From IMG/VR virus record IMGVR_UViG_3300032242_001655, positions 1 through 64,000 of that record: DNA of 64,000 bases. One strand, 5' to 3'. Under the pieces are notes generated by a model. It had not been told where the DNA came from and made no database searches. It saw only the letters and a program-made list of their open reading frames with translations. Both the position numbers and the translations under genes were made by a program. This DNA comes from a virus. Positions 20,565 through 30,638 of this stretch are shown piece by piece (position 1 is the stretch's first letter; the number at the start of each line of letters is the position of its first letter).

Positions 20565-20640
20565 CCCTATTTTTTTCCAATCGGCATAAATATTTGCACG
20601 ATGATCGCAGAGAGCGATCCGATTAACAAGGAGAAAAATC

Positions 20641-21081
20641 ATGGGTGGAATTACAAGAATTCACGGATCAAGTGTACCATACAGTGGACACAGCAATAAT
20701 TTCGAAGGCGTTGCCTTACAAGACTACTACATCACTTTTTGGAGTGGTGACGTACAAGCAGGTGGTTCAGCCGCTTTATCTAACGACGTTGGTACAGCCG
20801 CTGGCGCTTTAGACCAAATCTTCAAAACAGCAACTGGTAATATCGGTACTGTTGGACGTATTGGTACATTGAACACAACTACACGTCAATTGAACTTTAA
20901 CCTAGAGGCTCTAGGCGATAGTTCTTTAAGTGGTGCTGTTCTAGGTACAGGTCCTAACGATGCTGGTACAGGTGGCTATGGTGCTACAACTGCTCTAGCA
21001 TTACAGGCAGTTATCCAAGCATTAGGTACAGTTAACGGTGTTCACTTAACAAGTGCTACTGTTACAGCCTGGACATATTAA
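20641..21081 (+). CDS. Probable abundant structural protein (capsid decoration-like)
   Basis: Own TAAATA, 5' hairpin GATCGC-AGAGA-GCGATC, strong AAGGAG RBS, own terminator; Gly/Ala/Thr rich. Confidence 0.55.
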   Translation: MGGITRIHGSSVPYSGHSNNFEGVALQDYYITFWSGDVQAGGSAALSNDVGTAAGALDQIFKTATGNIGTVGRIGTLNTTTRQLNFNLEALGDSSLSGAVLGTGPNDAGTGGYGATTALALQAVIQALGTVNGVHLTSATVTAWTY

Positions 21082-21105
21082 TTTTTAAATTAGTAAGTTG
21101 GTAAC

Positions 21106-21134
21106 AAAGGGAGTTTTTAACTCCCTTTTCTTTT
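21106..21134 (+). terminator. Intrinsic terminator
   Basis: AAAGGGAGTT-TTT-AACTCCCTTT followed by TCTTTT. Confidence 0.75.
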
Positions 21135-21162
21135 GACCATAAATACATTATATAGGTATTTT

Positions 21163-21588
21163 ATGGAAACGATACAAATCAAGACTCTGGTTGATATTAC
21201 AAATTCTGGTGTTCGCAGACCTAACCAAGGTACTCCTAAAGAATTAGATCAACACAAAAATTGGACTACACTAAATCAGTGCATAGAAATTCGTAGTATT
21301 ATAGACTATGACGATAATCCTATATCAGAAATTACTGACATTAAGGATCTTGGATTTGGATCTAAATTTAAAGGCAAACAAAGAGTATGGACTTGGTTGT
21401 TTAGACCAGACCGTACAAACATATTTGAAGATGAAACAGGCAGGTTAGGTGGTTTATTCAGTAGTATAGACCAAGTCCCTGTAATAAAAAACCTAGACGA
21501 AACGGTAAATATAGAGACCGCAGTTTTCAACGTTAGTGATCCTGCGTGTAAAAATACAATAATACATCTCATTCAAGGCAACTCATAG
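21163..21588 (+). CDS. Hypothetical late protein (IKTLVDITNSG)
   Basis: ATG after TAAATA (21140) and AGGT. Confidence 0.6.
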   Translation: METIQIKTLVDITNSGVRRPNQGTPKELDQHKNWTTLNQCIEIRSIIDYDDNPISEITDIKDLGFGSKFKGKQRVWTWLFRPDRTNIFEDETGRLGGLFSSIDQVPVIKNLDETVNIETAVFNVSDPACKNTIIHLIQGNS

Positions 21589-21635
21589 GCAATTTAAGGC
21601 ACCGTTAGAGGTTATTAAACAACAGGAGAACTGGG

Positions 21636-21872
21636 ATGTCAAACCCCACAGCAATAGAAAAACAAAACTTAGAAGCACACGTTGAGTTATGCGCACAGCG
21701 TTATGATGCACTAGAAAAAAGAATGTCCAGTGTTGAAGGCAAATTAAGTACCCTTCAAGACACAGTGGAAAAAAGCAGTCTTAATACTATTAAGATTCTT
21801 ATCGGCACCGCCGGAACAATCATTGTGGCCATGATGTCATTGGTTGGACTTATCTTAACTAAAATGCCATAA
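21636..21872 (+). CDS. Coiled-coil plus C-terminal TM protein (XhlA/holin-like)
   Basis: LEAHVELCAQRY coiled coil followed by a hydrophobic helix; AGGAG RBS. Confidence 0.55.
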   Translation: MSNPTAIEKQNLEAHVELCAQRYDALEKRMSSVEGKLSTLQDTVEKSSLNTIKILIGTAGTIIVAMMSLVGLILTKMP

Positions 21873-22600
21873 TGAGAGCAAGAGAGTTTATTCACGAATT
21901 TGCACCTCCCGGGCTTGCTGGAGCACTACAGCAAACTATAAACGCGGCCAAACAACCTGGTACGGCAGACTACAGCAAGCAGACATCCGGATATGGTCAA
22001 ACTACAATGAATGCTCCTCAAGGGATACCTGGACAGCAACAAACGCAACAGAATCCCAGCCCTAATCAAACTAAGACTCCGGCCGCACCACAAGGCGGTC
22101 AAGGTACTGCTAACGCACAACAGGCAACATCAGGCGGAACACAGACTCCTCAAAATGGAGTACCTAGCACAGGTACCCCTCCACAGCAAAAGCAACCAAT
22201 GGGTCAACAACCAGCACAGCAGTCTCAACAACCATCAGGTAACAAACCATTAGGTATAGGTGGAGCATTTCTAAGTGGACTTACTGGTGGAAAAGCAACA
22301 TCGTTAGGCAGTTTGGCTAAATTAGGAGCCGCTTCAGTAGCAAGGGCATCCAACATGAATAATGTTGCTGGACAAATAGACCAAAGTCGATATGACTCAG
22401 AATTAAAAACCGGAAATACATCCGGAGGTGCGCCAACTCCACAAGAATTACAGACTACTCTAAAGCAAGGGTCAACAATCAAGATACCCGGTCAGGATGA
22501 TTTTAAAGTAGGTAAAATTGACAACACAGGTGTTGAACTAACCGGTAACAAATTAGGCAAAGTTAAAGTTGATCTTAAATCATTAGCAGGACAGAAATGA
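21872..22600 (+). CDS. Gln/Pro-rich low-complexity protein with MRAREFIHE N-terminus
   Basis: ORF track; shared N-terminal motif. Confidence 0.6.
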   Translation: MRAREFIHEFAPPGLAGALQQTINAAKQPGTADYSKQTSGYGQTTMNAPQGIPGQQQTQQNPSPNQTKTPAAPQGGQGTANAQQATSGGTQTPQNGVPSTGTPPQQKQPMGQQPAQQSQQPSGNKPLGIGGAFLSGLTGGKATSLGSLAKLGAASVARASNMNNVAGQIDQSRYDSELKTGNTSGGAPTPQELQTTLKQGSTIKIPGQDDFKVGKIDNTGVELTGNKLGKVKVDLKSLAGQK

Positions 22601-22797
22601 GAATCTATCAACTACTAGATATTCCTGTTATACTAAACAATGAGGAACAACAGTTCCTTGAAAGTCATTCTGAAAAATTTTCCATTGATGGGTTATTTGA
22701 GCGTGAATATGTTATTGCTCAGAACTTGGTTCGCAAAGGTGTTTACCAAATAAGTAAAGATAGTAAACATCTTATTAAAGCCAATGATAGATCTTGA
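22597..22797 (+). CDS. Hypothetical protein (MRIYQL N-terminus)
   Basis: ATGA coupling. Confidence 0.55.
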   Translation: MRIYQLLDIPVILNNEEQQFLESHSEKFSIDGLFEREYVIAQNLVRKGVYQISKDSKHLIKANDRS

Positions 22798-23248
22798 TCC
22801 CGAATTATTCATAAAAGTAGAGAACGTTGCTAAGACAGTAATAGATTCTCTTAAAAAGAAAGGCTATGTAGTACCCACTGCTCTGTCTAACAATCGTGTT
22901 AATTTTAACGGATATATCGTAGGACGAGATCAAGATGGATATTATTATATTCACAATCCTAGAACAGATACACTAATTGATAAAATCAATCTACCACAGA
23001 CAGCCGCAGTTATTGCAAATAATTTGGCTTTAGGGAAATATTCTATTGAAAATTTAATAAGCCATGATAAGCATTATGGGTATAGAGACTTTGATCAGGC
23101 CATATTCAAACGTGCTATGGAGCGTAGTAGAAAGAATATAGATCAATTTGCTTATTGGCAAACTCGCTATAATACAGCACGTCAACAGGCAAAATCCTAT
23201 AAGAATACCATCATACACTCCTTTGAGAAACTCCGTAGTCTCAGATAA
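22784..23248 (+). CDS. Hypothetical protein
   Basis: ORF within the operon. Confidence 0.55.
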   Translation: MIDLDPELFIKVENVAKTVIDSLKKKGYVVPTALSNNRVNFNGYIVGRDQDGYYYIHNPRTDTLIDKINLPQTAAVIANNLALGKYSIENLISHDKHYGYRDFDQAIFKRAMERSRKNIDQFAYWQTRYNTARQQAKSYKNTIIHSFEKLRSLR

Positions 23249-23279
23249 ATAAACATAATAAACTTTTTTGGAAAAAGCC

Positions 23280-24752
23280 ATGAAGACTCTAGATTTAAAC
23301 AAACCTATTACTGCCAACCAATTGAATGAAAACATGTTCAAGAAGTTTGGCGTCAAAGTTAACTTTGACAAATATACAAGAGAAGAACTTGAAAACTATC
23401 GCAACCTGTTGAGAACTAAGATTTTCCAAGTTGAGCAGTCAAGAGGCTTCAACGCTAACCTAACAGATGATACATATCACAAAGACAAGGCTATGGTCAA
23501 TTTGTTAAACACAAAGATTAAAGAAATGCTAGGCGAAAGCAAAAAGGCCAAGCCAGACTTTTTAGACCTAGATAAAGATGGCAATAAAAAAGAACCAATG
23601 AAGAAAGCCGCTAAGAGTAAAAAAGTTAAAGAGGCTCTAAAAGGTAACCAGGATAAATTAGATATGGATCATGATGGCAAATTAGAAAAGAGTGATTTTA
23701 AGAAATTACGTGCCAAGAAAAAAGTTAAAGAAGGTATTGAGCATGTTGCTGAACTAGCACATCATCATGCCGCAGAATACGCAAAACATCATCGCATGGG
23801 TAACCTAGAACAATGCGGACATCACAAGAAAGCCTGTGAAGAATGCGGTGGAATGATCAGTCACGGTCCAATGGGTGAGTGCTATCACAAACATGCAGGT
23901 ATTATGGGCGGTATGCCATATGCTGTTAAAGAAGGCGGCATGGCAACTCCAATGGGAGCACCAATGGGCGGAGCACCTGCTCCAGCAGTAGGTGGTATGG
24001 AGAGTCGAGGAATGGGAACACCAGAACAAGGTGCGGCACATAACCCAGTGCTAGGCGGACAAACAGTTGGAGAAAACATGAAACAAGGCGATACAAAACG
24101 ATCATCAACAGGTGGTACCATTACAAAGACTGCTACAGGATTGAAACATACTAGTGGCAAGAATTATAGTGCTATGAATCCTCCACCAGAAGATAAAAAG
24201 TTAGAAAAGAAAAAATCTAAAGTAAAAGAGAATCAGCACAAAGTACAAATTGCTAGACTACAATATCTACGTGAAGACGAAGAAGAAAAAGCCAAGACAA
24301 TTACTGCTGGTTCTGATATGGTTAATGACTTCACAACATGGATGACTCGTGTTGGTCAATACCAAACTAAATCTATGATTGAATTAGCAGACCAAATTCG
24401 TCAAGAGTTTGGCCAAATGGAATCAGAAGCATTTAAACAAGCAGTTGCTCCTGCTCTAGAGCAAGCATTACAAGCACTTTCACAAACACGTGAAACAATC
24501 AGTTCAGCAGTTGCTACACTGGCGGGCGGTGGGGCACCAACTCCGATGGGTGGAGGAATGGAAGAGCCAGGAATGGATAGTGGTGCTATGCCTCCTCCAG
24601 AAGATATGGGCGGAGATGAGTTTGCTGCCGCTGATGCCGCCGCAGGTGGTTCAGAACTAGCAGGACGTGAGACACGCGAAGCACGTCAATTGTTTGCTCG
24701 TAAATTAAGCGAAGCACACTCATTGGTTAGATCATTATCTAGATCAAAATGA
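23280..24752 (+). CDS. Probable prohead core/scaffold-like protein with EF-hand-like motifs
   Basis: DLDKDGNKKE and DMDHDGKLEKSDF; repeated (V/L)xE motifs; coiled-coil ends; TAAATA at about 23246. Confidence 0.55.
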   Translation: MKTLDLNKPITANQLNENMFKKFGVKVNFDKYTREELENYRNLLRTKIFQVEQSRGFNANLTDDTYHKDKAMVNLLNTKIKEMLGESKKAKPDFLDLDKDGNKKEPMKKAAKSKKVKEALKGNQDKLDMDHDGKLEKSDFKKLRAKKKVKEGIEHVAELAHHHAAEYAKHHRMGNLEQCGHHKKACEECGGMISHGPMGECYHKHAGIMGGMPYAVKEGGMATPMGAPMGGAPAPAVGGMESRGMGTPEQGAAHNPVLGGQTVGENMKQGDTKRSSTGGTITKTATGLKHTSGKNYSAMNPPPEDKKLEKKKSKVKENQHKVQIARLQYLREDEEEKAKTITAGSDMVNDFTTWMTRVGQYQTKSMIELADQIRQEFGQMESEAFKQAVAPALEQALQALSQTRETISSAVATLAGGGAPTPMGGGMEEPGMDSGAMPPPEDMGGDEFAAADAAAGGSELAGRETREARQLFARKLSEAHSLVRSLSRSK

Positions 24753-25093
24753 GATTATTCGAAGTAAGTGACCAATTTGCCAATGAGCTTGAATTGGTCC
24801 TTAGAAACCTTCTCGGTCGTTCCGACGAAAAACATGCTTCTATGAAATTATCATACGAAGCATTGAGTAACCTTATGAAGAATATGGGTTATGGAAAGAT
24901 TGACTATCAGGGTTTTGACAATATGTATCAAGGTAATCCCTCTTTGAAATCTGTGGTTAAAAACTATAACGAAGATGGAATTATTCTAAGTACCAAAGAA
25001 CAACCTGCTGGCGAAGAACCTACAGATGTACCAACAGGCCCTAGTGTAGATCAAATGGCTCATAACGCTGTCAATACTCCAGAACCTTTCTAA
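24749..25093 (+). CDS. Hypothetical protein (MRLFEV N-terminus)
   Basis: ATGA coupling. Confidence 0.6.
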   Translation: MRLFEVSDQFANELELVLRNLLGRSDEKHASMKLSYEALSNLMKNMGYGKIDYQGFDNMYQGNPSLKSVVKNYNEDGIILSTKEQPAGEEPTDVPTGPSVDQMAHNAVNTPEPF

Positions 25094-25096
25094 AAG

Positions 25097-25125
25097 TTGA
25101 CTTATTGATTTCAGTAATGTATAAT
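25097..25125 (+). promoter_or_regulatory. Sigma70-type promoter (leaderless arrangement)
   Basis: TTGACT-17-TATAAT, with the ATG 7 nt downstream. Confidence 0.75.
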
Positions 25126-25132
25126 TACTGTT

Positions 25133-25828
25133 ATGAACTTTACTCCTCCCCCGTTCGTTGAACGATTCCAATATAAAAACTGTGTACAGATCAATGATCC
25201 TGTAACACGCAAACGTGTCTACCAAACTCCAGACGGAGAAAAACTTCCAAGCGTAACAACTATCCTTAGTGCTACTAAAGATATGACTCATTTAAATGAG
25301 TGGAAAAAACGTATTGGTGTTGAAAAGGCACAACAGATCACAACAGAAGCCGCAGGAGTAGGTACTGCGATGCATGCCAATCTTGAACGCTTTTTAATCG
25401 GTGAACAGAGACAGCCTGGTAATAATCCTGTTCATGTACAGGCTAATAAAATGGCAGATGTGATTATCGAAAATGGTCTAAGTAACATGAGCGAAATTTG
25501 GGCCATGGAACAGAGTTTATATTTTCCCGGGTTATATTCTGGAACTACAGATGGCATAGGTGTGTTTAATGGCGAGCCCTGTGTATTTGACCATAAGCAG
25601 ACTAATAAGCCTAAAAAAGCCGAATGGGTTGATGATTACTATATGCAATTATGTGCTTATATATTAGCACACAATGAAGTTTATGGTACTAACATTCGCA
25701 GAGGTGTTGTGTTTATGTGCAGTCGTGATCTACAATATCAACAGTTTGATCTACTACCTGAAAACTTTAATATGTGGCAGGATCGTTGGTTAAACAAGGT
25801 AGAAGAATACTACGCCGCAGTAAGATAA
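25133..25828 (+). CDS. PD-(D/E)XK exonuclease (MGME1/Cas4-like)
   Basis: PSVTTIL, GTAMH, E..L, GTTD, DHKQ, QLCAY. Confidence 0.85.
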   Translation: MNFTPPPFVERFQYKNCVQINDPVTRKRVYQTPDGEKLPSVTTILSATKDMTHLNEWKKRIGVEKAQQITTEAAGVGTAMHANLERFLIGEQRQPGNNPVHVQANKMADVIIENGLSNMSEIWAMEQSLYFPGLYSGTTDGIGVFNGEPCVFDHKQTNKPKKAEWVDDYYMQLCAYILAHNEVYGTNIRRGVVFMCSRDLQYQQFDLLPENFNMWQDRWLNKVEEYYAAVR

Positions 25829-25853
25829 ATATCCTTATACTAGGGATATTTCT

Positions 25854-27605
25854 ATGGCTGTTATTCAGATTTCTAAAATTCAGGTGCGCAGAGGTTCTAT
25901 CGGCGATCAAGGCATGCCACAACTCGCAAGTGGTGAGATGGGGTGGGCAGTTGATACACAACAGTTGTTTATCGGTAATGGATCAGTTGCAGAGGGTGCT
26001 CCTGCGGTTGGCAATACAGAAATACTTACAGTAAGTTCAACAGCCAGCACAAACAACCTCTTCACACAGTTCTTAGGAAATGATATTTACAAATATCAAG
26101 GCAATAAAAAGGACGCAACTGCATTCCAGCCTTATGCTGTTGCCAGAACAGTTCAAGATAAATTAGATGAACGTGTAAGCATATTAGACTTTGGTGCTGA
26201 CCCAAACGGAATTAAAGAAAGTACACAAGCAATTCAAAGTGCCATTACTGCAACTTATCTTAATTCTCATGATAGCGGTGCAAATACTTCCTTTAAAAAA
26301 ATTTTGTTTTTCCCGGCAGGAACTTATCTGGTAACATCTACAATTTATCTTCCGCCTTATATTACTATATCTGGAGAAGGTGCAGATAACACAGTAATTG
26401 TTGCGGCTAACACTAGCGGGCGTACTACTATTTTTAGAACTAGAAGTGTTATAACAGGTACCAATGGTACTCTAGATTTCAAAAGACCGTTAAGTGATAT
26501 CAGCGATACTGTTCCTGGTGTTGCTATTAACGATATGACATTTAGATACGGTGATAACGTTCAGATTTATACAACAACAACAAGTACAAGTCCCTTAATA
26601 AATTTAGATATGACAACATATTCGCAGGTTAGTAATTGTAAATTTCAAGGCACATATACCAATTTATTTGGCGCTTTACCTAGTGCCGTGAACGTATTTG
26701 GTCAAATTCCTATTCGGTATGCAGGAATTTATGTTACCGGTCAGAATACCAAAAATCTCACAATTCAAGGTAACGAATTTACAGGCTTAGTTTTAGGAAC
26801 GGTTTGCTATCAAGATAATCAATATGTTTCTTATGTTAACAATATATACGATACATTATATTATGGCTTATATTCAGGTACAACTAGTACAAGTGTAGGA
26901 AATATAAATGGAACTCTTTATAGTCAAGCAATAAACAATCAATTTATTAATATTAATCGAGCAGGTATAAATGTTTCTGTGCCACAAGGTACCACTGCTA
27001 CAACTGGATTTACATCTAATGGTAATTTATTTTCTAATGTAGGAAATGGCGCTACTGGAAACGAAGGCGGGCAAATCTCTGAATGTATTATTTTTAATCA
27101 GGCTACAGGGTGTGTTTCAATAAATGATCGCTTCACAAGATTTGATTTAGCACAAACAACATATAAAACATCAGCATTTCGTCCTTTAGTTCGTGCTAAA
27201 ACAATAGTAATTGATAATCATATTGCCTACAAATATCCTATTGATTGGACAAGCACCGCTACACTGATTAGAATTCCATACCTTACAACAATGACTGGAG
27301 TTGTCATGGAATATCAGGTTGAAAAAAGTGCAAGCCTTGGTGGTCCAATAACAGGAGTTAGAAAAGGTACATTTATAGTAAATGCTTCTCCCTATAATGT
27401 AGGCACAGTAACATACTCTGACAACTACAATTACGCAGGAACTGAGCCGGGAATAGTGTTAACTGCTAAATTAATTAATAGTACTAATACAAATATTACC
27501 AAAGTATTTGATTGTATTGCTATTCAATATGAAAATGACCAATATTCAGCAATCAATAATACAGGCACAGGACTTATTTCTTTAACCGTAAAATATCAAA
27601 CATAA
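25854..27605 (+). CDS. Tail spike/baseplate-associated protein with pectate-lyase-like beta helix
   Basis: MAVIQISKIQVRRG...LASGEMGWAVD; VSILDFGADPNG..ESTQAIQ; LFFPAGTY. Confidence 0.75.
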   Translation: MAVIQISKIQVRRGSIGDQGMPQLASGEMGWAVDTQQLFIGNGSVAEGAPAVGNTEILTVSSTASTNNLFTQFLGNDIYKYQGNKKDATAFQPYAVARTVQDKLDERVSILDFGADPNGIKESTQAIQSAITATYLNSHDSGANTSFKKILFFPAGTYLVTSTIYLPPYITISGEGADNTVIVAANTSGRTTIFRTRSVITGTNGTLDFKRPLSDISDTVPGVAINDMTFRYGDNVQIYTTTTSTSPLINLDMTTYSQVSNCKFQGTYTNLFGALPSAVNVFGQIPIRYAGIYVTGQNTKNLTIQGNEFTGLVLGTVCYQDNQYVSYVNNIYDTLYYGLYSGTTSTSVGNINGTLYSQAINNQFININRAGINVSVPQGTTATTGFTSNGNLFSNVGNGATGNEGGQISECIIFNQATGCVSINDRFTRFDLAQTTYKTSAFRPLVRAKTIVIDNHIAYKYPIDWTSTATLIRIPYLTTMTGVVMEYQVEKSASLGGPITGVRKGTFIVNASPYNVGTVTYSDNYNYAGTEPGIVLTAKLINSTNTNITKVFDCIAIQYENDQYSAINNTGTGLISLTVKYQT

Positions 27606-28040
27606 ATGTTCAACCTTTCAGCCGATGATAGAATTTCATCATGGGCACAACTGAGACAAAATTTAGAAACTTCACTAACTCCTTTCCAGGATGTTGCAGA
27701 ATTTTGGGCTGATGCTCCATTTGTGCCTTATAACAAAAACGTAGATCCATTCAACCAACGCTCATGGCCGACCCCCTGGGATATCATCGTAGAAAACAAA
27801 TACGATGATTTTACCAGAGCACTGATGATGGCCAACACATTCAAATTATCAAATAGATTTAAAAACTCTAGTATAATGATACAGACAAGAGTAGACTCTA
27901 GCCAAAATAGAAGTTATAATTTTGTAATCATAAACGAGGAAAAAATATTAAACTATATTGATAATGAAGTGGTAGACTTCGAAAATTTACCACCGTCATT
28001 TTTGCTTGAAAACCTTATTGAGTTGAGTAGTCCAAAATAA
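27606..28040 (+). CDS. Hypothetical phage protein (WPTPWD)
   Basis: ORF within the operon. Confidence 0.6.
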   Translation: MFNLSADDRISSWAQLRQNLETSLTPFQDVAEFWADAPFVPYNKNVDPFNQRSWPTPWDIIVENKYDDFTRALMMANTFKLSNRFKNSSIMIQTRVDSSQNRSYNFVIINEEKILNYIDNEVVDFENLPPSFLLENLIELSSPK

Positions 28041-28113
28041 ATATCACTCTAGACAGTAAAAATTCAGTGTCGCAATGACACGCAGGCAGACAATATAACA
28101 TAGGTGGAAAACA

Positions 28114-30465
28114 ATGATTACAGTAGTTAAACGTAGCGGTGAAAGGGTTCCATTAGATGTTTCAAAGATCCAAAGACAAGTGGCAAACGCATGTAGAGGT
28201 ATCGACGGCGTTAGCCAGTCGATGATTGAGATCAAAGCACAAATTGAACTCCATGACGGTATGACAACAGAGACAATAGATGAGTTATTACTCAAGGCTA
28301 TGGTCGATCTTATCGATGAAACAGAAAACCCAGAGATCAATAATGTAAATTATCAATATGTAGCAGGACGTCAAAAAGTCTCTATGCTACGCAAGGAGGT
28401 TTACGGAGAGTATGATCCACCAAAACTTTTTTCTATTGTACAACAAAATGTTAAACTTGGAATGTACACTCCAGAATTGCTCGAGTGGTACACGGAAGAT
28501 GAGTGGAACATTATTGATCTGTTCATCGATCATGCCAAGGATGAAGACTACACCTATGCGGCTGTAGCACAGTTGGCAGAAAAGTATTTGGTACAGAATC
28601 GTGCCACTGGAAAAATTTATGAAACCCCTCAGGTTCGATATGCTGTAGCGGCGGCCACAGCCTTTCATAATGAACCAACAGAAACAAGGTTAAAATATGT
28701 TAAAGAATATTACGAGTGTGCAAGTGATGGTCATTTTACTCTTGCTACTCCTGTTTTGGCCGGCCTTGGAACAACTACTAAGCAATTTAGTTCATGTGTG
28801 CTTATTAGCAGTGACGACACATTAGACTCAATTTTTGCCGCAGGTGAAATGATGGCCAAGTATGCTAGTAAACGTGCTGGCATAGGATTAGAGATTGGAC
28901 GTATTCGCCCTCTCGGCGCCCCTATTAGAAATGGAGAAATTAAACACACAGGTCTAATTCCATTTTTGAAGAAATGGTTTGCTGATCTACGTTCATGCTC
29001 ACAAGGTGGTATCCGTAACGCATCATGTACAGTTACTTTCCCTGTATGGCATTATCAGTTTGAAGATCTTATCGTACTTAAAAATAATCAAGGTACAGAA
29101 GAAACTCGAGTAAGACAGATGGATTACTCTGTTGTGGTCAATAAGATGTTCTGGAATCGTTATCGCAATGACGAGTTGATTACTCTTTTTGATCCTGCTG
29201 AAGTACCCGACTTATATGAAGCCTACTACAGAGATTCTGCAGAGTTTGAAAAATTGTATACACAATATGAACAAGATAAGACTATTAAGAAAAAGACATT
29301 ACCGGCAGTTGAGATATTCAAAAATGGAATCCTTAAAGAAAGGACTGATACGGGGCGCATATATCTTGTCAATATCGACAACGTCATCAATCAAGGTCCG
29401 TTTGATACAAAAACAGATCCAATATATCAATCCAATCTATGCCAAGAGATACTTTTACCCACCCGTCCTTTCCAGAGAATTGAAGATCCAGAGGGACGAA
29501 TTGCTCTTTGCACTCTTGGGTCAATCAACTGGGGAGCCTTCCGTAACCCTCAGGAGATGAGAAAGTGCTGTAGAGTCTTGGTTCGAAGTTTAAGTAATTT
29601 GCTAAACTATCAAGACTTCTTATCAGTACAAAGCAAACTTGCCAATAAAGAGTTTGAACCGTTAGGCGTTGGTGTTACTAACTTGGCCTACTGGCATGCT
29701 CGACGTTCATTCAAATACGGTGATGCAGATGCACTTGCTGAAGTTAAACGTTGGATGGAACATCAGGCCTACTACTTAACTGAGATGAGCGTTGAACTTG
29801 CCAAAGAGCGTGGTGCTTGTGAACGTAGCCAATTTACTTACTATGGACAAGGTGTCTTCCCCTGGGAAAGACGCAATACAGGAGTTAATGAATTAACAGA
29901 TTTTACTCCAAGTCTTGATTGGGAAACACTACGCTCTGACCTAAAACAATACGGCATTCGTAATGCTACACTAATGGCAGTTGCTCCAGTAGAATCAAGT
30001 TCTGTTGTTCTAAACAGTACTAATGGTATTGAAATGCCGATGGAAATGATCAGTGTTAAAGAATCTAAAGCAGGATCATTTGTACAGGTAGTACCAGAAT
30101 ACAAACGTCTAAAAAATCGTTATCAATTAATGTGGGATCAACAAGACTGCATTGGATACCTAAAAACAGCCTGTGTTTTAGCCGCGTATGTTGATCAAAG
30201 TTTATCAACCAACACATTTTATAATCCAGCACACTTTGAAGATGGCAAGGTTCCTGGAACTTTAATTGCCAAAAATCTAATGTTGGCTTACAAATGGGGT
30301 TTGAAGACTGTATATTATAGTTTAATCAATAAAGTTGGTGCCAAAGCCAGTGTGACTAATACTAACGTGGTTAATCATGTGAATGGAGTTGCCAAGGCAA
30401 TCAACGGTGCTGATAATGTTATATTATATGAAGATGACGCCGACTGCGAAGCCTGTAAGTTATGA
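28114..30465 (+). CDS. nrdA: Ribonucleotide reductase class Ia alpha subunit
   Basis: ATP cone (VVKRSG), QFSSC, SNLCQEI, APVESSS, KTVYY and C-terminal CEAC. Confidence 0.97.
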   Translation: MITVVKRSGERVPLDVSKIQRQVANACRGIDGVSQSMIEIKAQIELHDGMTTETIDELLLKAMVDLIDETENPEINNVNYQYVAGRQKVSMLRKEVYGEYDPPKLFSIVQQNVKLGMYTPELLEWYTEDEWNIIDLFIDHAKDEDYTYAAVAQLAEKYLVQNRATGKIYETPQVRYAVAAATAFHNEPTETRLKYVKEYYECASDGHFTLATPVLAGLGTTTKQFSSCVLISSDDTLDSIFAAGEMMAKYASKRAGIGLEIGRIRPLGAPIRNGEIKHTGLIPFLKKWFADLRSCSQGGIRNASCTVTFPVWHYQFEDLIVLKNNQGTEETRVRQMDYSVVVNKMFWNRYRNDELITLFDPAEVPDLYEAYYRDSAEFEKLYTQYEQDKTIKKKTLPAVEIFKNGILKERTDTGRIYLVNIDNVINQGPFDTKTDPIYQSNLCQEILLPTRPFQRIEDPEGRIALCTLGSINWGAFRNPQEMRKCCRVLVRSLSNLLNYQDFLSVQSKLANKEFEPLGVGVTNLAYWHARRSFKYGDADALAEVKRWMEHQAYYLTEMSVELAKERGACERSQFTYYGQGVFPWERRNTGVNELTDFTPSLDWETLRSDLKQYGIRNATLMAVAPVESSSVVLNSTNGIEMPMEMISVKESKAGSFVQVVPEYKRLKNRYQLMWDQQDCIGYLKTACVLAAYVDQSLSTNTFYNPAHFEDGKVPGTLIAKNLMLAYKWGLKTVYYSLINKVGAKASVTNTNVVNHVNGVAKAINGADNVILYEDDADCEACKL

Positions 30466-30638
30466 AGAGTGTATTTGCAAGAATACTAAGTGAAATATTA
30501 TATTACCTAGGGCATTGGATCAGTTTTCCAATGCACTGGTTTAATTGGGCCTGGCTGTACCCTGTATACAATCGATTGATGATTAGTAGCAGTAATATAC
30601 AAGACTGGGCTGGAAATGAATTACCTTGGAAAAAATAA
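30462..30638 (+). CDS. 58-aa Trp-rich hypothetical protein between nrdA and nrdB
   Basis: ATGA overlap with the nrdA stop; ends immediately before the nrdB ATG. Confidence 0.55.
   Translation: MKSVFARILSEILYYLGHWISFPMHWFNWAWLYPVYNRLMISSSNIQDWAGNELPWKK

Noticed and set aside
28085-28110. NrdR box upstream of nrdA
   Set aside because: Only a loose resemblance to the consensus.
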